Under the pieces are notes generated by a model. That model was not told where the DNA came from, made no database searches, and was given only the letters and a program-made list of their open reading frames with translations. A DNA stretch of 64,000 nucleotides from an uncultured Candidatus Saccharibacteria bacterium (GTDB lineage: Bacteria; Patescibacteriota; Minisyncoccia; Phycocordibacterales; UBA9973). Below are positions 1-10,211 of this stretch, piece after piece (the first letter of the stretch is position 1; every line of letters starts with the position of its first letter). The stretch spans positions 207,477-271,476 of the forward strand of contig CAZIZK010000001.1 of assembly GCA_964544225.1 (NCBI GenBank), written 5' to 3'. The position numbers and the translations under genes were made by a program.

Positions 1-774
1 CAGAACTTTCTTAAATCAAAAGGGGCTTTGGTTACTATGTGTAAGTCTGGGGAGATAGACAAAAATGACACAATCCTGGAAATAGGCCCTGGTAAGGGTG
101 CCCTGACAGAATACCTACTAAAAGAAGCTAAAAAGGTGATAGCTGTCGAGAAGGACCACGACCTAGCCAGCTTCCTGTCTGAAAAGTTTGCAAAAGAGGT
201 ATCCGAGGGCCAATTGGTACTAGTACAAGGTGACATATTGGATAAAAGCCTTTATATATATGGATTAAAAGACGGGCAGTACAAATTGGTGGCCAATATC
301 CCATACAATATTACAGGCTCAATATTCCGAAAGTTCCTCTCTGGGCCTATAAAACCGTCAAATATGACCGTTTTAGTCCAAAAAGAGGTCGCCGAGAGGG
401 TGGTAGCCCGTGATGGCAAGGAAAGTATCCTATCTATTAGTGTCCAAGTATATGGCACCCCAAAATACATAACAAAAGTAAGCAAAAAGTACTTTTCACC
501 TGCACCAAAGGTGGATTCGGCCATATTGCAGATTAAAAACATAACAAATCACGTATTCAAGGACCGTAAGTCTGAAGACTGGTTCTTTGAGGTACTCAAG
601 GCTGGCTTTGCTCATAAAAGAAAGGTGTTGAGGAGCAACCTAACTGCGACAGCTTCAAATGAAAGTATCCAAAAAGCTTTTGAAAAGCTATCTATCGCCG
701 ATAAAGCTCGCGCCGAAGATGTAAGAGCGGTGCAATGGATACAATTGGCGCAAATATTGTCCACAGAAAAATAG
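1..774 (+). CDS. rsmA: 16S rRNA (adenine1518/1519-N6)-dimethyltransferase RsmA/KsgA. 5' end is truncated by the window edge; the reading frame is open from base 1 (QNFL...).
   Basis: QNFL motif at the extreme 5' end plus the EIGPGKGALT SAM-binding motif typical of the KsgA/Dim1 family. Length of ~258 aa is consistent. Confidence 0.85.
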   Translation, partial: QNFLKSKGALVTMCKSGEIDKNDTILEIGPGKGALTEYLLKEAKKVIAVEKDHDLASFLSEKFAKEVSEGQLVLVQGDILDKSLYIYGLKDGQYKLVANIPYNITGSIFRKFLSGPIKPSNMTVLVQKEVAERVVARDGKESILSISVQVYGTPKYITKVSKKYFSPAPKVDSAILQIKNITNHVFKDRKSEDWFFEVLKAGFAHKRKVLRSNLTATASNESIQKAFEKLSIADKARAEDVRAVQWIQLAQILSTEK

Positions 775-822
775 TATAAAAATAAAAAAAATTATATAAT
801 ATGTATACACAAAAGTGTACTC

Positions 823-1719
823 ATGAACAAGAACTTCTTACCAAGTAAACAATTTTTTAAAAAGGCTGGTGTAATACTTACATTGGTAATTGTTGTGCTA
901 CTCGTCACCCAAGTCACTCCTTCTATAAAAAGTAAGCTACAAAGAGGTAATACTAACAGGCAGTTGTCTGTTAGTGAGCTTGTTGGCCAAGACAGTAATA
1001 ACAATGGTATCCAAGACTGGGAGGAAACACTCTGGGGACTAGACCCGAAAGGTGACGGTTCAGAGAACAAGAACTACATCGTAAATAAAAAGAAGCAATT
1101 AAACAATGGTACTTTGCCAATAGAGGATAGTGCATCACTTACAAACAACGATAAGCTGGCTCGCGAATTCTTCGCTATGATTATATCACTACAGCAGAGT
1201 GGTAACTTGAACGAAGATGCTATTAAAAATATTTCTAACTCTGTTGGTGCTAATGTGGTAGCCGAAGATATAAAAGATATCTATACAAAGGATATGTTAC
1301 GTGTACAGAGCACAACAACAATCACCGTAGGGAGCTACCAAAATGCTATGCAAAAAATAATGAGGAAGTATAGTGGAACTGACATAGGTGATGAGCTGTC
1401 CTTTATAGGCCAAGCAGTAGCAGGCAATGATCCGCAAGTTCTACGTGTTGGAACATCAATAGCAAATTCCTACCGATCACTAGGTAAAGACATAATGACA
1501 GTATCAGTTCCGAGCTCTCTTGCCACAACTCACCTAGAACTTGCAAACAATATGGAGAAAACTGCTCGTTCTCTAGAAAACATGAATAGATTATTGGAAG
1601 ACCCCATGTCTGGTATGACAGCAATAGTTCAGTACAAGAGGTACAATGATGCACTACTTCTAAATATGGAACAAATCCAAACATTTTTTATAAAAAATGG
1701 TATAATAAGTAACAATTAA
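823..1719 (+). CDS. Hypothetical membrane-anchored protein (N-terminal TM helix). First gene of the T4SS-like island.
   Basis: 298-aa ORF with a hydrophobic N-terminal segment (VILTLVIVVLLV). Its stop codon abuts the start of the next gene. No recognisable family. Confidence 0.5.
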   Translation: MNKNFLPSKQFFKKAGVILTLVIVVLLVTQVTPSIKSKLQRGNTNRQLSVSELVGQDSNNNGIQDWEETLWGLDPKGDGSENKNYIVNKKKQLNNGTLPIEDSASLTNNDKLAREFFAMIISLQQSGNLNEDAIKNISNSVGANVVAEDIKDIYTKDMLRVQSTTTITVGSYQNAMQKIMRKYSGTDIGDELSFIGQAVAGNDPQVLRVGTSIANSYRSLGKDIMTVSVPSSLATTHLELANNMEKTARSLENMNRLLEDPMSGMTAIVQYKRYNDALLLNMEQIQTFFIKNGIISNN

Positions 1720-4686
1720 ATGAAGATCAGTAGATACAAAACAATAGTATCAGTCCTGACACTTACCATGTTTGTATTTTCTACTATATTTACACCACTA
1801 GCTTATGCTTTAACAACAGGTACTGATGAAGCTACTACCAACAAAGCTGTATACACAACAGGTAATCCAGCATATACATTTAACATGCAAAACATCTCCA
1901 ATGTGTTGCCAGCTATCGTAGGGTGTACTGGCATAGTAAACAAGGTGAAGAAGTTTATGTTAAATACTTTTGATGGCGGAGCAGGTGTTCTAGAAGATAG
2001 CATTCCAGTATTCAAAGCAGGAACAGGTAACTATAAGGCCGGATATGATGATGGCAATGGAAGTGCTGACCCTGATGGGTTTACTGGTGGATACGCAATA
2101 GAGGCTGTACCGATTAATTCTACACAAGCAAACAAAGATACAAGTAAAATCGATACAAGTACAGAAAAATCTGCAAAAGAAGCTGAACAAAAGAAATTAA
2201 AAGATGAATGTCTAAATGGTGTCGCCTATGCACTAGCAAAAGCTCAGCTAGCATCTATAACAAATAAAACAGTTAATTGGATCAATAGTGGTTTCAATGG
2301 TGACCCATTATTTATACGCGACAGGGAATCATATTTTAAAAGTCTAGGTGACCAAACACTTCAAAGTTTACTTGGTCCGCTTTCAAGTGTTACAAATGCT
2401 ACCATATACCCATTTGGTGCAGACTTTGCAAGAACTGCAATACTTTCGGCTAAGACCAGTTTCCTAGATAGATCCAAATCAACTCTGACCAACTCACTAA
2501 AGCCGGGGGCAACTACTGATAGCTTTGCCACAGACTTCAGCCAGGGTGGGTGGGATGGCTGGTTCTCTCTCACACAAAACCCTCAGAACAACCCTCTGGG
2601 CTTCGGAATACTTGCATCACAAGAGTTAGCTGATAAAACAAATGCAAAAAAACAAGGAGCAAAAGAAGAGTTGGATCAAGGTGACGGATTCCTCTCACAG
2701 AAGAGGTGTGTAGAGTATGCAAAGGTGGATAACGGCACAGACCTAACTACAACTTCATCGAAGAATTATAGTGTTGTGTCGAACGATCCGAACACTCGAT
2801 TAACAGGCTTCTATATCAATACTAATTCTGTGAGCCTGGCTATTAAGTATAATGCGGGGGAGACAGGCACTATGGCTGCCAGTATTACAGATGCATCAGG
2901 TAACTCAAAAGGTGCGCAGACACTAGGTAAAACAAAAAAGGGTGAGAATAATCTAGGCACAACATTCAACAGCTTGTCTGCGTCTTCCTCATACAAGATC
3001 AAGTTTGCATATCAACCAGACGCAGGTAGTGAGAAGGAAATAATAATTATCAATATAACAACCACAGACAAAACTACGGGGAACCAGACACCCGACAGGT
3101 CAACCAATACATCTACCACAAGCACTGCTACTCCTGAATGTGTAAGGTGGGAGACAGTTACCCCAGGTACTGTGATAGCTGACCAGCTAAAGGTAAACTT
3201 GGGTTCATCTGTGCGCCAACTCGAACTTGCTGATAGTCTGAACGAATCACTTAGTGCAGTGTTTGAAGCATTGGTAAACCAGCTTATAAATCAGGGACTA
3301 TCTAGTCTAAGCAAGATAAATAGTGCAAATACTAATGGTCTTGGTGGTGCAGGTAGTAATAAAGTGTATGACACTGGTGGCAATAATGTTTCTGGTAAGT
3401 TATTGTCCGAAGATGGTGCAGGTGTTGGCTTGTCTATAAACAAAGGCACTGGGTGGTATAACGTAAATAATACTTTTGATATTACAAAAGACCTGGGTGA
3501 TACTTATAAAATGGAAAAGGGTAAGAAGGTTGTAATAAAGAAAGGTATCATATCTATACAATCCGACTACATAACTGCCGTAAAAAGCTCTATGAAAGAA
3601 TTGGATCCTATAATACCAGCACTTGGCGAATTGGACTATTGTATACCGGGACCAAATCCAAAGTGGAAGTCTCTCGCTGTACCAAATGTAAACAACACAA
3701 TGGAGATCCTACGAAACATAGAATCAGGGAAGGTAACTCCTAGCCAACTCACTGGATACGGCAAAGCTTTACCATTCCTGAGAAAGTTCAGTCCTGGATT
3801 CAAAATTAGTGAAAATATATATCGTATTACATCTAGTAGAAGACTGGAAAGTGAAGCAAAACAATTAGACCAATCGATACTGGACTCAATATTTGTATCA
3901 GAACTATTGATGAAATTCAATATCAAATTAGTAGGTGATCAGTATATATCTTACCGAAACAAAATGGATGAGTTGTATGGGCCAAACTCACCAATGCGTG
4001 ATGCTACGAGCGAGTGGTACTTGCCTATGGCGGAAGCTGGGTTGAACCTAACAAAGAACTTGATAGCTTATGATCAGAGCATGGGCGAAGTTATAAGTGA
4101 TTACACTAGTCAAATAAACCAAACAAATGCAAATATCTATAAACTAAATCAAATAAAGAAAAAGGTAGATGCTATAGTCCTAGCTGCAAAGAAGAGGCAG
4201 TTGGCTGACATAAGAAGTGGCAAGATAAAATTGAGTCCAGAATGTGCAAACTTGGCCCCACAAGATACAAATGTAGTAAATGGTGGTATATACACAGGCA
4301 ACAATACAGGCACTGGCACAAACACTGGTCCATCAGGTGGTACCACTGTAAAGTTTAAGAGCCCTGTTCCAAACTTTACTGTAACAACAAAAGAGGATTT
4401 GAGTAATTGTACATTTACATTACAAACAAAGAACACTTCTACAGATACTGTTGGACCATACAGGTGGGATATTTCATGGGGTGCACCTGCTTCAACAGGA
4501 GGGGCTACGCCAGAATATTCTATGGCAAAAGATTTAAATATGGGGCTTGTATCAAATGTTCATTATGGTGATATGTCTATAAAGCTAACCATCTCTGATA
4601 TTTTTGGCCAAGATGTAAGTATTACAAAGAAAATATCGACACAAAAAAGAACAAAGACATTATCAGGTGAAGCGTGTCCAAGATAA
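1720..4686 (+). CDS. Large secreted/surface protein (988 aa) with an N-terminal signal peptide. Function unknown.
   Basis: Signal-peptide-like N-terminus (hydrophobic stretch ending ...LAYALTTG), Thr/Asn/Gly-rich composition, and a long uninterrupted ORF translationally coupled to neighbours. Confidence 0.6.
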   Translation: MKISRYKTIVSVLTLTMFVFSTIFTPLAYALTTGTDEATTNKAVYTTGNPAYTFNMQNISNVLPAIVGCTGIVNKVKKFMLNTFDGGAGVLEDSIPVFKAGTGNYKAGYDDGNGSADPDGFTGGYAIEAVPINSTQANKDTSKIDTSTEKSAKEAEQKKLKDECLNGVAYALAKAQLASITNKTVNWINSGFNGDPLFIRDRESYFKSLGDQTLQSLLGPLSSVTNATIYPFGADFARTAILSAKTSFLDRSKSTLTNSLKPGATTDSFATDFSQGGWDGWFSLTQNPQNNPLGFGILASQELADKTNAKKQGAKEELDQGDGFLSQKRCVEYAKVDNGTDLTTTSSKNYSVVSNDPNTRLTGFYINTNSVSLAIKYNAGETGTMAASITDASGNSKGAQTLGKTKKGENNLGTTFNSLSASSSYKIKFAYQPDAGSEKEIIIINITTTDKTTGNQTPDRSTNTSTTSTATPECVRWETVTPGTVIADQLKVNLGSSVRQLELADSLNESLSAVFEALVNQLINQGLSSLSKINSANTNGLGGAGSNKVYDTGGNNVSGKLLSEDGAGVGLSINKGTGWYNVNNTFDITKDLGDTYKMEKGKKVVIKKGIISIQSDYITAVKSSMKELDPIIPALGELDYCIPGPNPKWKSLAVPNVNNTMEILRNIESGKVTPSQLTGYGKALPFLRKFSPGFKISENIYRITSSRRLESEAKQLDQSILDSIFVSELLMKFNIKLVGDQYISYRNKMDELYGPNSPMRDATSEWYLPMAEAGLNLTKNLIAYDQSMGEVISDYTSQINQTNANIYKLNQIKKKVDAIVLAAKKRQLADIRSGKIKLSPECANLAPQDTNVVNGGIYTGNNTGTGTNTGPSGGTTVKFKSPVPNFTVTTKEDLSNCTFTLQTKNTSTDTVGPYRWDISWGAPASTGGATPEYSMAKDLNMGLVSNVHYGDMSIKLTISDIFGQDVSITKKISTQKRTKTLSGEACPR

Positions 4687-4698
4687 TATTATAAAAAT

Positions 4699-6039
4699 AT
4701 GGATAAAAACCCACGAAAAAGTAAAGCTCTCGTAATCACCTTTGTACTAGTACTAGGCCTATTAATAGGTATGTACTTTGTATTTACGAGTGACACCTTG
4801 TTTGGGGTGAACAATAGTGTTGGTAAGAAGTTCTCGCCATTCCTGATAACCCCAAAGGAGAAGGACTTGAACCTAGTAGAGGACCCAAATGCAATCAATA
4901 CAGACAATTCAACAAATACAGATACTGATAATCCGGACAACAATACAAACCCAGATGGTGGCCTTATCGCAGGGGGTAATGACTTCTCGGGTAATGTTGG
5001 TAGTGGTGGTGTAGGCACTGGTATATATATGAACCCGGCTGGTGGGTCAGTTGCCTTACCTGGTGGTAGGGGGACTATAACACCTTCGAACTTCGTAGCA
5101 CAATGTAAGGATGGTAGGGATAATGATGGGGACAGTCTTGTGGATACATCCGACCCAGGCTGTCATACAGATGGTGATGCAACAAATGCAAAAAGTTACA
5201 ACAAGGATCAGTATCTAGAATACAACTTTATACCAGCATGTAGCGACGGAGTAGACAATGATAAAGATAAGCTGATAGATGATAAAGATCCCGGCTGTCA
5301 TAGTGATAACAATGCGAAGAATACAAAGACTTATACACCCAATTACGGATATGAATCCGATAACCAACTGACCAAAGGCAGCTCTTCTGGCGAGTGTACT
5401 GTCGACGACCTGCCACTCATATTTACAGCAGAGGAACAGGCACAGCTCGATGAGCTGACTCGCCAGTTCTACCGCCTAGCACCAACACTGAAATCAATAG
5501 ATGATATATTAGTAGAAGAAAAAGCAAGACAAAGCTATATAGACATAACAGATAATGCAAACACTCTGACAAATGAATGTTACGAGCAAACATACAATGA
5601 TAAATACTTGGCAAACAGTGGTGTTGTTATAACAGAAGGACATGAGCAATTAAATACACGATTTGATCATAAAGAACAAAAAACGCCTTATACTGGTGAC
5701 ACGAAAGTATCAATAGACACAATGGTGCCTTATTTGTGGGATAATAACAAAACATTATTAACTGGAATGCCCGGACTAAACAATGCTACACAAATCCCTA
5801 TATATGATTATGCAAGCAAGAGCTGGATTAACAAGGGTAGGACAGAAAGACGAGGGAACCCTTATATTGATTTAAAACCAACATCTTCCTACTGGCAAAT
5901 ATATGAAACCAAAACAAATGCAAAGAATGGGGACAACGGTGTATATGTAAACCATCGTGGTGATGTATGGAACAATACTCCGATAGGTAATGCTTACTTC
6001 CCTTGGGCTGATTGGGAAAATATGATGGGTATATGGTAG
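4699..6039 (+). CDS. Membrane-anchored protein with two Cys-flanked Asp-rich repeats (C-x-DG-x-DND-x-D...DPGCH), putatively calcium-binding and thrombospondin-type-3-like.
   Basis: N-terminal TM helix. Duplicated motif CKDGRDNDGDSLVDTSDPGCH / CSDGVDNDKDKLIDDKDPGCH. Confidence 0.5.
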   Translation: MDKNPRKSKALVITFVLVLGLLIGMYFVFTSDTLFGVNNSVGKKFSPFLITPKEKDLNLVEDPNAINTDNSTNTDTDNPDNNTNPDGGLIAGGNDFSGNVGSGGVGTGIYMNPAGGSVALPGGRGTITPSNFVAQCKDGRDNDGDSLVDTSDPGCHTDGDATNAKSYNKDQYLEYNFIPACSDGVDNDKDKLIDDKDPGCHSDNNAKNTKTYTPNYGYESDNQLTKGSSSGECTVDDLPLIFTAEEQAQLDELTRQFYRLAPTLKSIDDILVEEKARQSYIDITDNANTLTNECYEQTYNDKYLANSGVVITEGHEQLNTRFDHKEQKTPYTGDTKVSIDTMVPYLWDNNKTLLTGMPGLNNATQIPIYDYASKSWINKGRTERRGNPYIDLKPTSSYWQIYETKTNAKNGDNGVYVNHRGDVWNNTPIGNAYFPWADWENMMGIW

Positions 6040-6115
6040 TTATAAACAACGCGTTATAAAAACGCGTTGTTTATGTATAGTAACAGCAAGCTTGAAATGC
6101 TATAATATTTAAAGC

Positions 6116-8878
6116 GTGAAGAAATTCTTGCCATACATTTTAATACTAGTTGTTGTCGTGAACCTCCTCGCGCCATTTAGTGTTGTATGGAAGGATAATC
6201 AACTCCCAAAAATCGCAAAGAATGAAGCAAAGGCAGAAGCTAACCGTTTTCCTGGAAGTAGTATTAAAACAAATGACATGTTGTCTGGGGGTGTTGACGG
6301 ACAATCTGTTAGTATTGATTTCGAAATAATACTAGATACTGGGTTAAAAAGTGGAGATGATACATCTGGTATATGGGATGATATACAACATGTAGGAGTA
6401 TGGAACCCGCTTACTACAAATAGTTTTGATGAGAAATCTTTTTGGTTAGAAATAATAAAAGCAGACTCAACAACTGTTATACCTGATACTTATATTGTTT
6501 CAGATAGTAATTTGGCAAACGATGGTTATGTAAGTTTAACTCGTCCATTATTAGGGAATAAGGTTGGTAACAATCTGGGGCAAGACTGGATAGATAGTTA
6601 TCCAAACGGGCCATCTAAAATTAAAATAGATTATCTAATTGGAAATAAAAGTCAGGGGTATCCTATTGATACTATAGATAATTTAAAACCTGATACAGAA
6701 TATTTAGCTAGGGTAATATACTACTTAGATGGTAATGCTGTACCTAACACGATGGCAGAAGTACGTTTTAAAACACCTGCTCCAACAAAACTTGAAGGGA
6801 AAATTGGTGATGGTAAAACATTAGTAGAGGGGGGTAAATTATTATTACCAGGATGTGAGATAATACCAGACTTTGATGACGGGACGAGCTTCTCTGGATG
6901 TTTTGTGCAGTTAGCTTATTGGGGTTTATATGCTCCGACTGCATATTTGTTTGGTTTAGCTGGAGTATTTTTTGATGCTGTTTTTAAATATTCAATAGAT
7001 GATTCCTCTTATAGAACTACATTTGTTACCCAAGGTTGGGCTATTGTACGTGATATGTGTAATATATTCTTCATATTTGTACTACTATATGCTGCATTCA
7101 AAATGATATTTGGTTCACACGGTGCTAAATCTGTAATTGTTAATGTGATAATTATAGGCTTGTTAATAAACTTTAGTCTACTAACAACCCAAATATTAGT
7201 AGACACTTCAAATATTCTAGCTAGGTTATTTTACAATTCACAAGCAATAAAAATAGAAACAGACAATGCATCTGGGGCTGTAACACACGGGGGACAAAAT
7301 TTAACTGAAAATTCAGGTAATAATCAGATATCTCTTTCATCTGCATTAATAAATAAAATAAACCCGCAGAACCTAATCCTCAGTGCTAGTAAAGTAACTG
7401 TTTCAGACGATGCTGGTCACACTGGTACAGCTTCTGCAACAGACGGGATAGGTGTAGGAGGATACTTCTTAGTAATATTTTTAGCCTCTATAGTAAACGT
7501 AATCGGCTTCTTTGTATTTATATCAGTTGGTTTAATATTTGTGGCCCGAGTTGTTAGTATTTGGATGGCTATGGTATTTGCACCCTTTGCATTCTTTAGT
7601 TATACAGTACCAGCACTTTCGAAAGCAAAAATTATCGGTTGGAAGAACTGGTGGAGTGACTTACTAGGTATTTGTTTTATTGCCCCACTATTCATGTTCT
7701 TTATGTATTTAATAATATTATTCCTAGAAAAAGGATTTGCGAACTTTCTTGATAGTACAAAGAATGGACCAAACTTCGTATTGGGTATCATTATTCCTTT
7801 TGCTTTCATTATGATTTTGCTTTTGACTGCAAAGAAGTTAGCAAAAGAATACGCAGGCTCTATTGGTCAAACTGTTACCGGTGCGGTAACAGCGGTCGGA
7901 GCAGCAGCACTCGGTGGTGCAGCGTTGGGTGCAGCAGTAATAGGAAGAAATACTGTTGGGTCTCTTGCAAAATTTACACAAAATGACGGTGCGAGAAAAA
8001 ATGCCTTAACATATCAAAATACGCAAAATGCGGCAGCTAAATTAAAAGGTTGGGGTGCAGTAAATCCATTTAATTATCTTAAGGTAGCAGGAAGTGCTGT
8101 AGGAGATACAGTAAAACTACCTGCGGCAAGTGCTGGTTATTTAGCTTCTAGGATTGGAAGAAAGAAAGATCCGCATACAGGGAAAGAAACAAGCTGGTTC
8201 CAAAGAGAGGGTTCAAAAGTTGTGGATAAAAGTCATGCAGCACATGTACTTGATGAAAAAGCACAAGCATTGAAAAATGATAAATCAGCTACATATAAAG
8301 ATCTTACTGATGATGAAAAGAAAACTGTACGTGAAAGAATAGACAGAGATATCGTATCCAAAGAAATGCATAATAAAGTGTATGAAAAACTTAATGGAAC
8401 AGAAAGAGCTAATGTCGATGGCATGAGAGTAGCAGGAGATCCAAATGGTGAGTGGTCTCAGGGAGCAAATATGGCAAAAGGTGTTGCCGCTACTAGAGGT
8501 GATCATGTTCACACTTCAGAAGATTTGGGTAAGGCAGTAAAAGTAGATACTGCTGTAAGTGAGTTTGTAAATGCACTGAGAAAAGGTAGTTATGATGTAA
8601 GAAATCTATCAAAAACAAAATCAGTAAGTGGTGGTTTAGCAAAACTAGGAGTTGGCCTTGCTGCATCTGTTGCATTAGGTGTTAGATCGGGTCTTAAATC
8701 ACTGGTTGGTATTAACCATGGAACAGGTCAAAAAGATGTCATGAAAGACTTAAAGGATGTTTTAACAGAAGCATTGAAGGGTGTGAAAATTCAGATGCCT
8801 AGTGGGGGAGGTGACCATGGAGGAGGGCATGATGATCACGGTGGTGGGCACGATGACCATGGTGGAGGGCATCATTAG
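6116..8878 (+). CDS. VirB6/TrbL-like polytopic inner-membrane T4SS channel protein (920 aa) with a large N-terminal extracytoplasmic domain and a C-terminal hydrophilic tail ending in a His-rich repeat.
   Basis: Multiple central hydrophobic helices (AYWGLYAPTAYLFGLAGVFF..., IFFIFVLLYAAF..., VIIIGLLINFSLL..., YFLVIFLASIVNVIGFFVFISVGLIF..., etc.). C-terminus is GGGDHGGGHDDHGGGHDDHGGGHH. Sits beside a VirB4 ATPase gene. Confidence 0.5.
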   Translation: MKKFLPYILILVVVVNLLAPFSVVWKDNQLPKIAKNEAKAEANRFPGSSIKTNDMLSGGVDGQSVSIDFEIILDTGLKSGDDTSGIWDDIQHVGVWNPLTTNSFDEKSFWLEIIKADSTTVIPDTYIVSDSNLANDGYVSLTRPLLGNKVGNNLGQDWIDSYPNGPSKIKIDYLIGNKSQGYPIDTIDNLKPDTEYLARVIYYLDGNAVPNTMAEVRFKTPAPTKLEGKIGDGKTLVEGGKLLLPGCEIIPDFDDGTSFSGCFVQLAYWGLYAPTAYLFGLAGVFFDAVFKYSIDDSSYRTTFVTQGWAIVRDMCNIFFIFVLLYAAFKMIFGSHGAKSVIVNVIIIGLLINFSLLTTQILVDTSNILARLFYNSQAIKIETDNASGAVTHGGQNLTENSGNNQISLSSALINKINPQNLILSASKVTVSDDAGHTGTASATDGIGVGGYFLVIFLASIVNVIGFFVFISVGLIFVARVVSIWMAMVFAPFAFFSYTVPALSKAKIIGWKNWWSDLLGICFIAPLFMFFMYLIILFLEKGFANFLDSTKNGPNFVLGIIIPFAFIMILLLTAKKLAKEYAGSIGQTVTGAVTAVGAAALGGAALGAAVIGRNTVGSLAKFTQNDGARKNALTYQNTQNAAAKLKGWGAVNPFNYLKVAGSAVGDTVKLPAASAGYLASRIGRKKDPHTGKETSWFQREGSKVVDKSHAAHVLDEKAQALKNDKSATYKDLTDDEKKTVRERIDRDIVSKEMHNKVYEKLNGTERANVDGMRVAGDPNGEWSQGANMAKGVAATRGDHVHTSEDLGKAVKVDTAVSEFVNALRKGSYDVRNLSKTKSVSGGLAKLGVGLAASVALGVRSGLKSLVGINHGTGQKDVMKDLKDVLTEALKGVKIQMPSGGGDHGGGHDDHGGGHDDHGGGHH

Positions 8879-8914
8879 ATAAATTAATTACGAATTAATA
8901 ATTACGAATTACGA

Positions 8915-10162
8915 ATGGATCAACAACAATTACAACAAAAGATCGCTGAATACTTTAGCAAGCTTCCACCAAATGCTCAAGAGTATTTCGCCAAGATGGA
9001 TTGGATGAATACTCTGCAAACTATTGCAGGTAAATACCAACTGAATGAACAACAAGTGGCAAGCCTAGGTACTGAAACAACACTATTACTACTAGGTATA
9101 GTACACCCAGATGAATATACAAGTTTCCTAAAGAAAGATATGGCTATGGAAGATGGTACAAGTATTCAGATGTTCAACGAGATAGATACTCAGATAGTAG
9201 GTGGCTTGCGTGGCGACTTGGCAGATACACATATGAAGAATTCTATCGAGCTTGCCGACAAGGAATACGGTGGCAGTATGAAGCTCGATGAGAGGCTAGC
9301 AAGCCTACCTGATGAAGTGAAGGACGCAATAGTTAACTCAGACTATCAAGCCAAGCTTTATGCTATTGCCGGTAAATATAAATTGTCTATCGAACAGATG
9401 GGAATGCTGGAAAATATTACAAACAAAGTCATGCTCGGAGTATTGCACCCAGATGAATACGCGAAGAGTGTCGCGGACAAGCTGGGTATGCCAAACGACA
9501 AGGTAAATGAATTGGTAGGGGAGGTAAACGAAGGTGTGTTCAAGAATATCAGAGAAGGATTGAAGTCCTATATGGAAGTAAACAGTTCCACTCCTGAGGC
9601 CCCTGTTCCACCTTATGCGCCTTATGCACCTGCATCTAGTATGCCCGAGGTGGCAAAAGTAGAGTTACCTGCACCTATGACTAAGAGTACTATACCCGAG
9701 GCTCCAATACCTGCTTACAAACCTGCCCCTGATGCAATAGCAAATGTGGCTATACCTGTTGTAGCCCCTGAAGCAAAGATAGTTGTAGAAACAGCATTGA
9801 ACAAAACAACTCCTAAAGATGATTCCAACATACTATCTGGTGCTGGTATCGAAATGGTACAAGACATGAATAGTAATAACACTATGGGTAGCCAGCCAAA
9901 AGTATCGCCATTGGTGGAAAGGGGGTTCAACACTGCCGACAGGTTCATGGAATCAGGTATCGATGTAATACCAGACCGTGTTGCTGATAAAGTTTATTCA
10001 ACCAACTCTGCCACAGGTGCCGAGACCCTGTCAGGTATCAACAACCCTACAGCTGGTGTCAGTAGTATGCTTGCCGACAAATTAGGTAAAACAACAATCA
10101 ACCCAACTCCTATAATAAATCAAAGTCTTACAAAGGACCCATATAAGGAGGTAATAGAATAA
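8915..10162 (+). CDS. Hypothetical protein with an internally duplicated ~100-aa N-terminal module and a Pro/Ala-rich C-terminal half.
   Basis: Repeats ...LQTIAGKYQLNEQQVASLGTETTLLLLGIVHPDEYTSF... and ...LYAIAGKYKLSIEQMGMLENITNKVMLGVLHPDEYAKSV.... Three TTACGAAT octamers overlap the start codon. Confidence 0.5.
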   Translation: MDQQQLQQKIAEYFSKLPPNAQEYFAKMDWMNTLQTIAGKYQLNEQQVASLGTETTLLLLGIVHPDEYTSFLKKDMAMEDGTSIQMFNEIDTQIVGGLRGDLADTHMKNSIELADKEYGGSMKLDERLASLPDEVKDAIVNSDYQAKLYAIAGKYKLSIEQMGMLENITNKVMLGVLHPDEYAKSVADKLGMPNDKVNELVGEVNEGVFKNIREGLKSYMEVNSSTPEAPVPPYAPYAPASSMPEVAKVELPAPMTKSTIPEAPIPAYKPAPDAIANVAIPVVAPEAKIVVETALNKTTPKDDSNILSGAGIEMVQDMNSNNTMGSQPKVSPLVERGFNTADRFMESGIDVIPDRVADKVYSTNSATGAETLSGINNPTAGVSSMLADKLGKTTINPTPIINQSLTKDPYKEVIE

Positions 10163-10200
10163 ACATTAAAATCCCCACAATATGTGGGGATTTTAATGTT
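10162..10200 (+). terminator. Perfect 18-bp inverted repeat hairpin (aacattaaaatccccaca / tgtggggattttaatgtt) immediately after the stop of the 8915..10162 gene.
   Basis: Read directly: the reverse complement of the left arm equals the right arm, with a 3-nt loop. Only a weak U-tract follows. Confidence 0.5.
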
Positions 10201-10211
10201 ATAATATTTAT

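Noticed and set aside
252-542. Minus-strand 96-aa ORF inside rsmA
   Set aside because: It lies entirely within a well-supported plus-strand gene and has no motif. Typical antisense shadow ORF.
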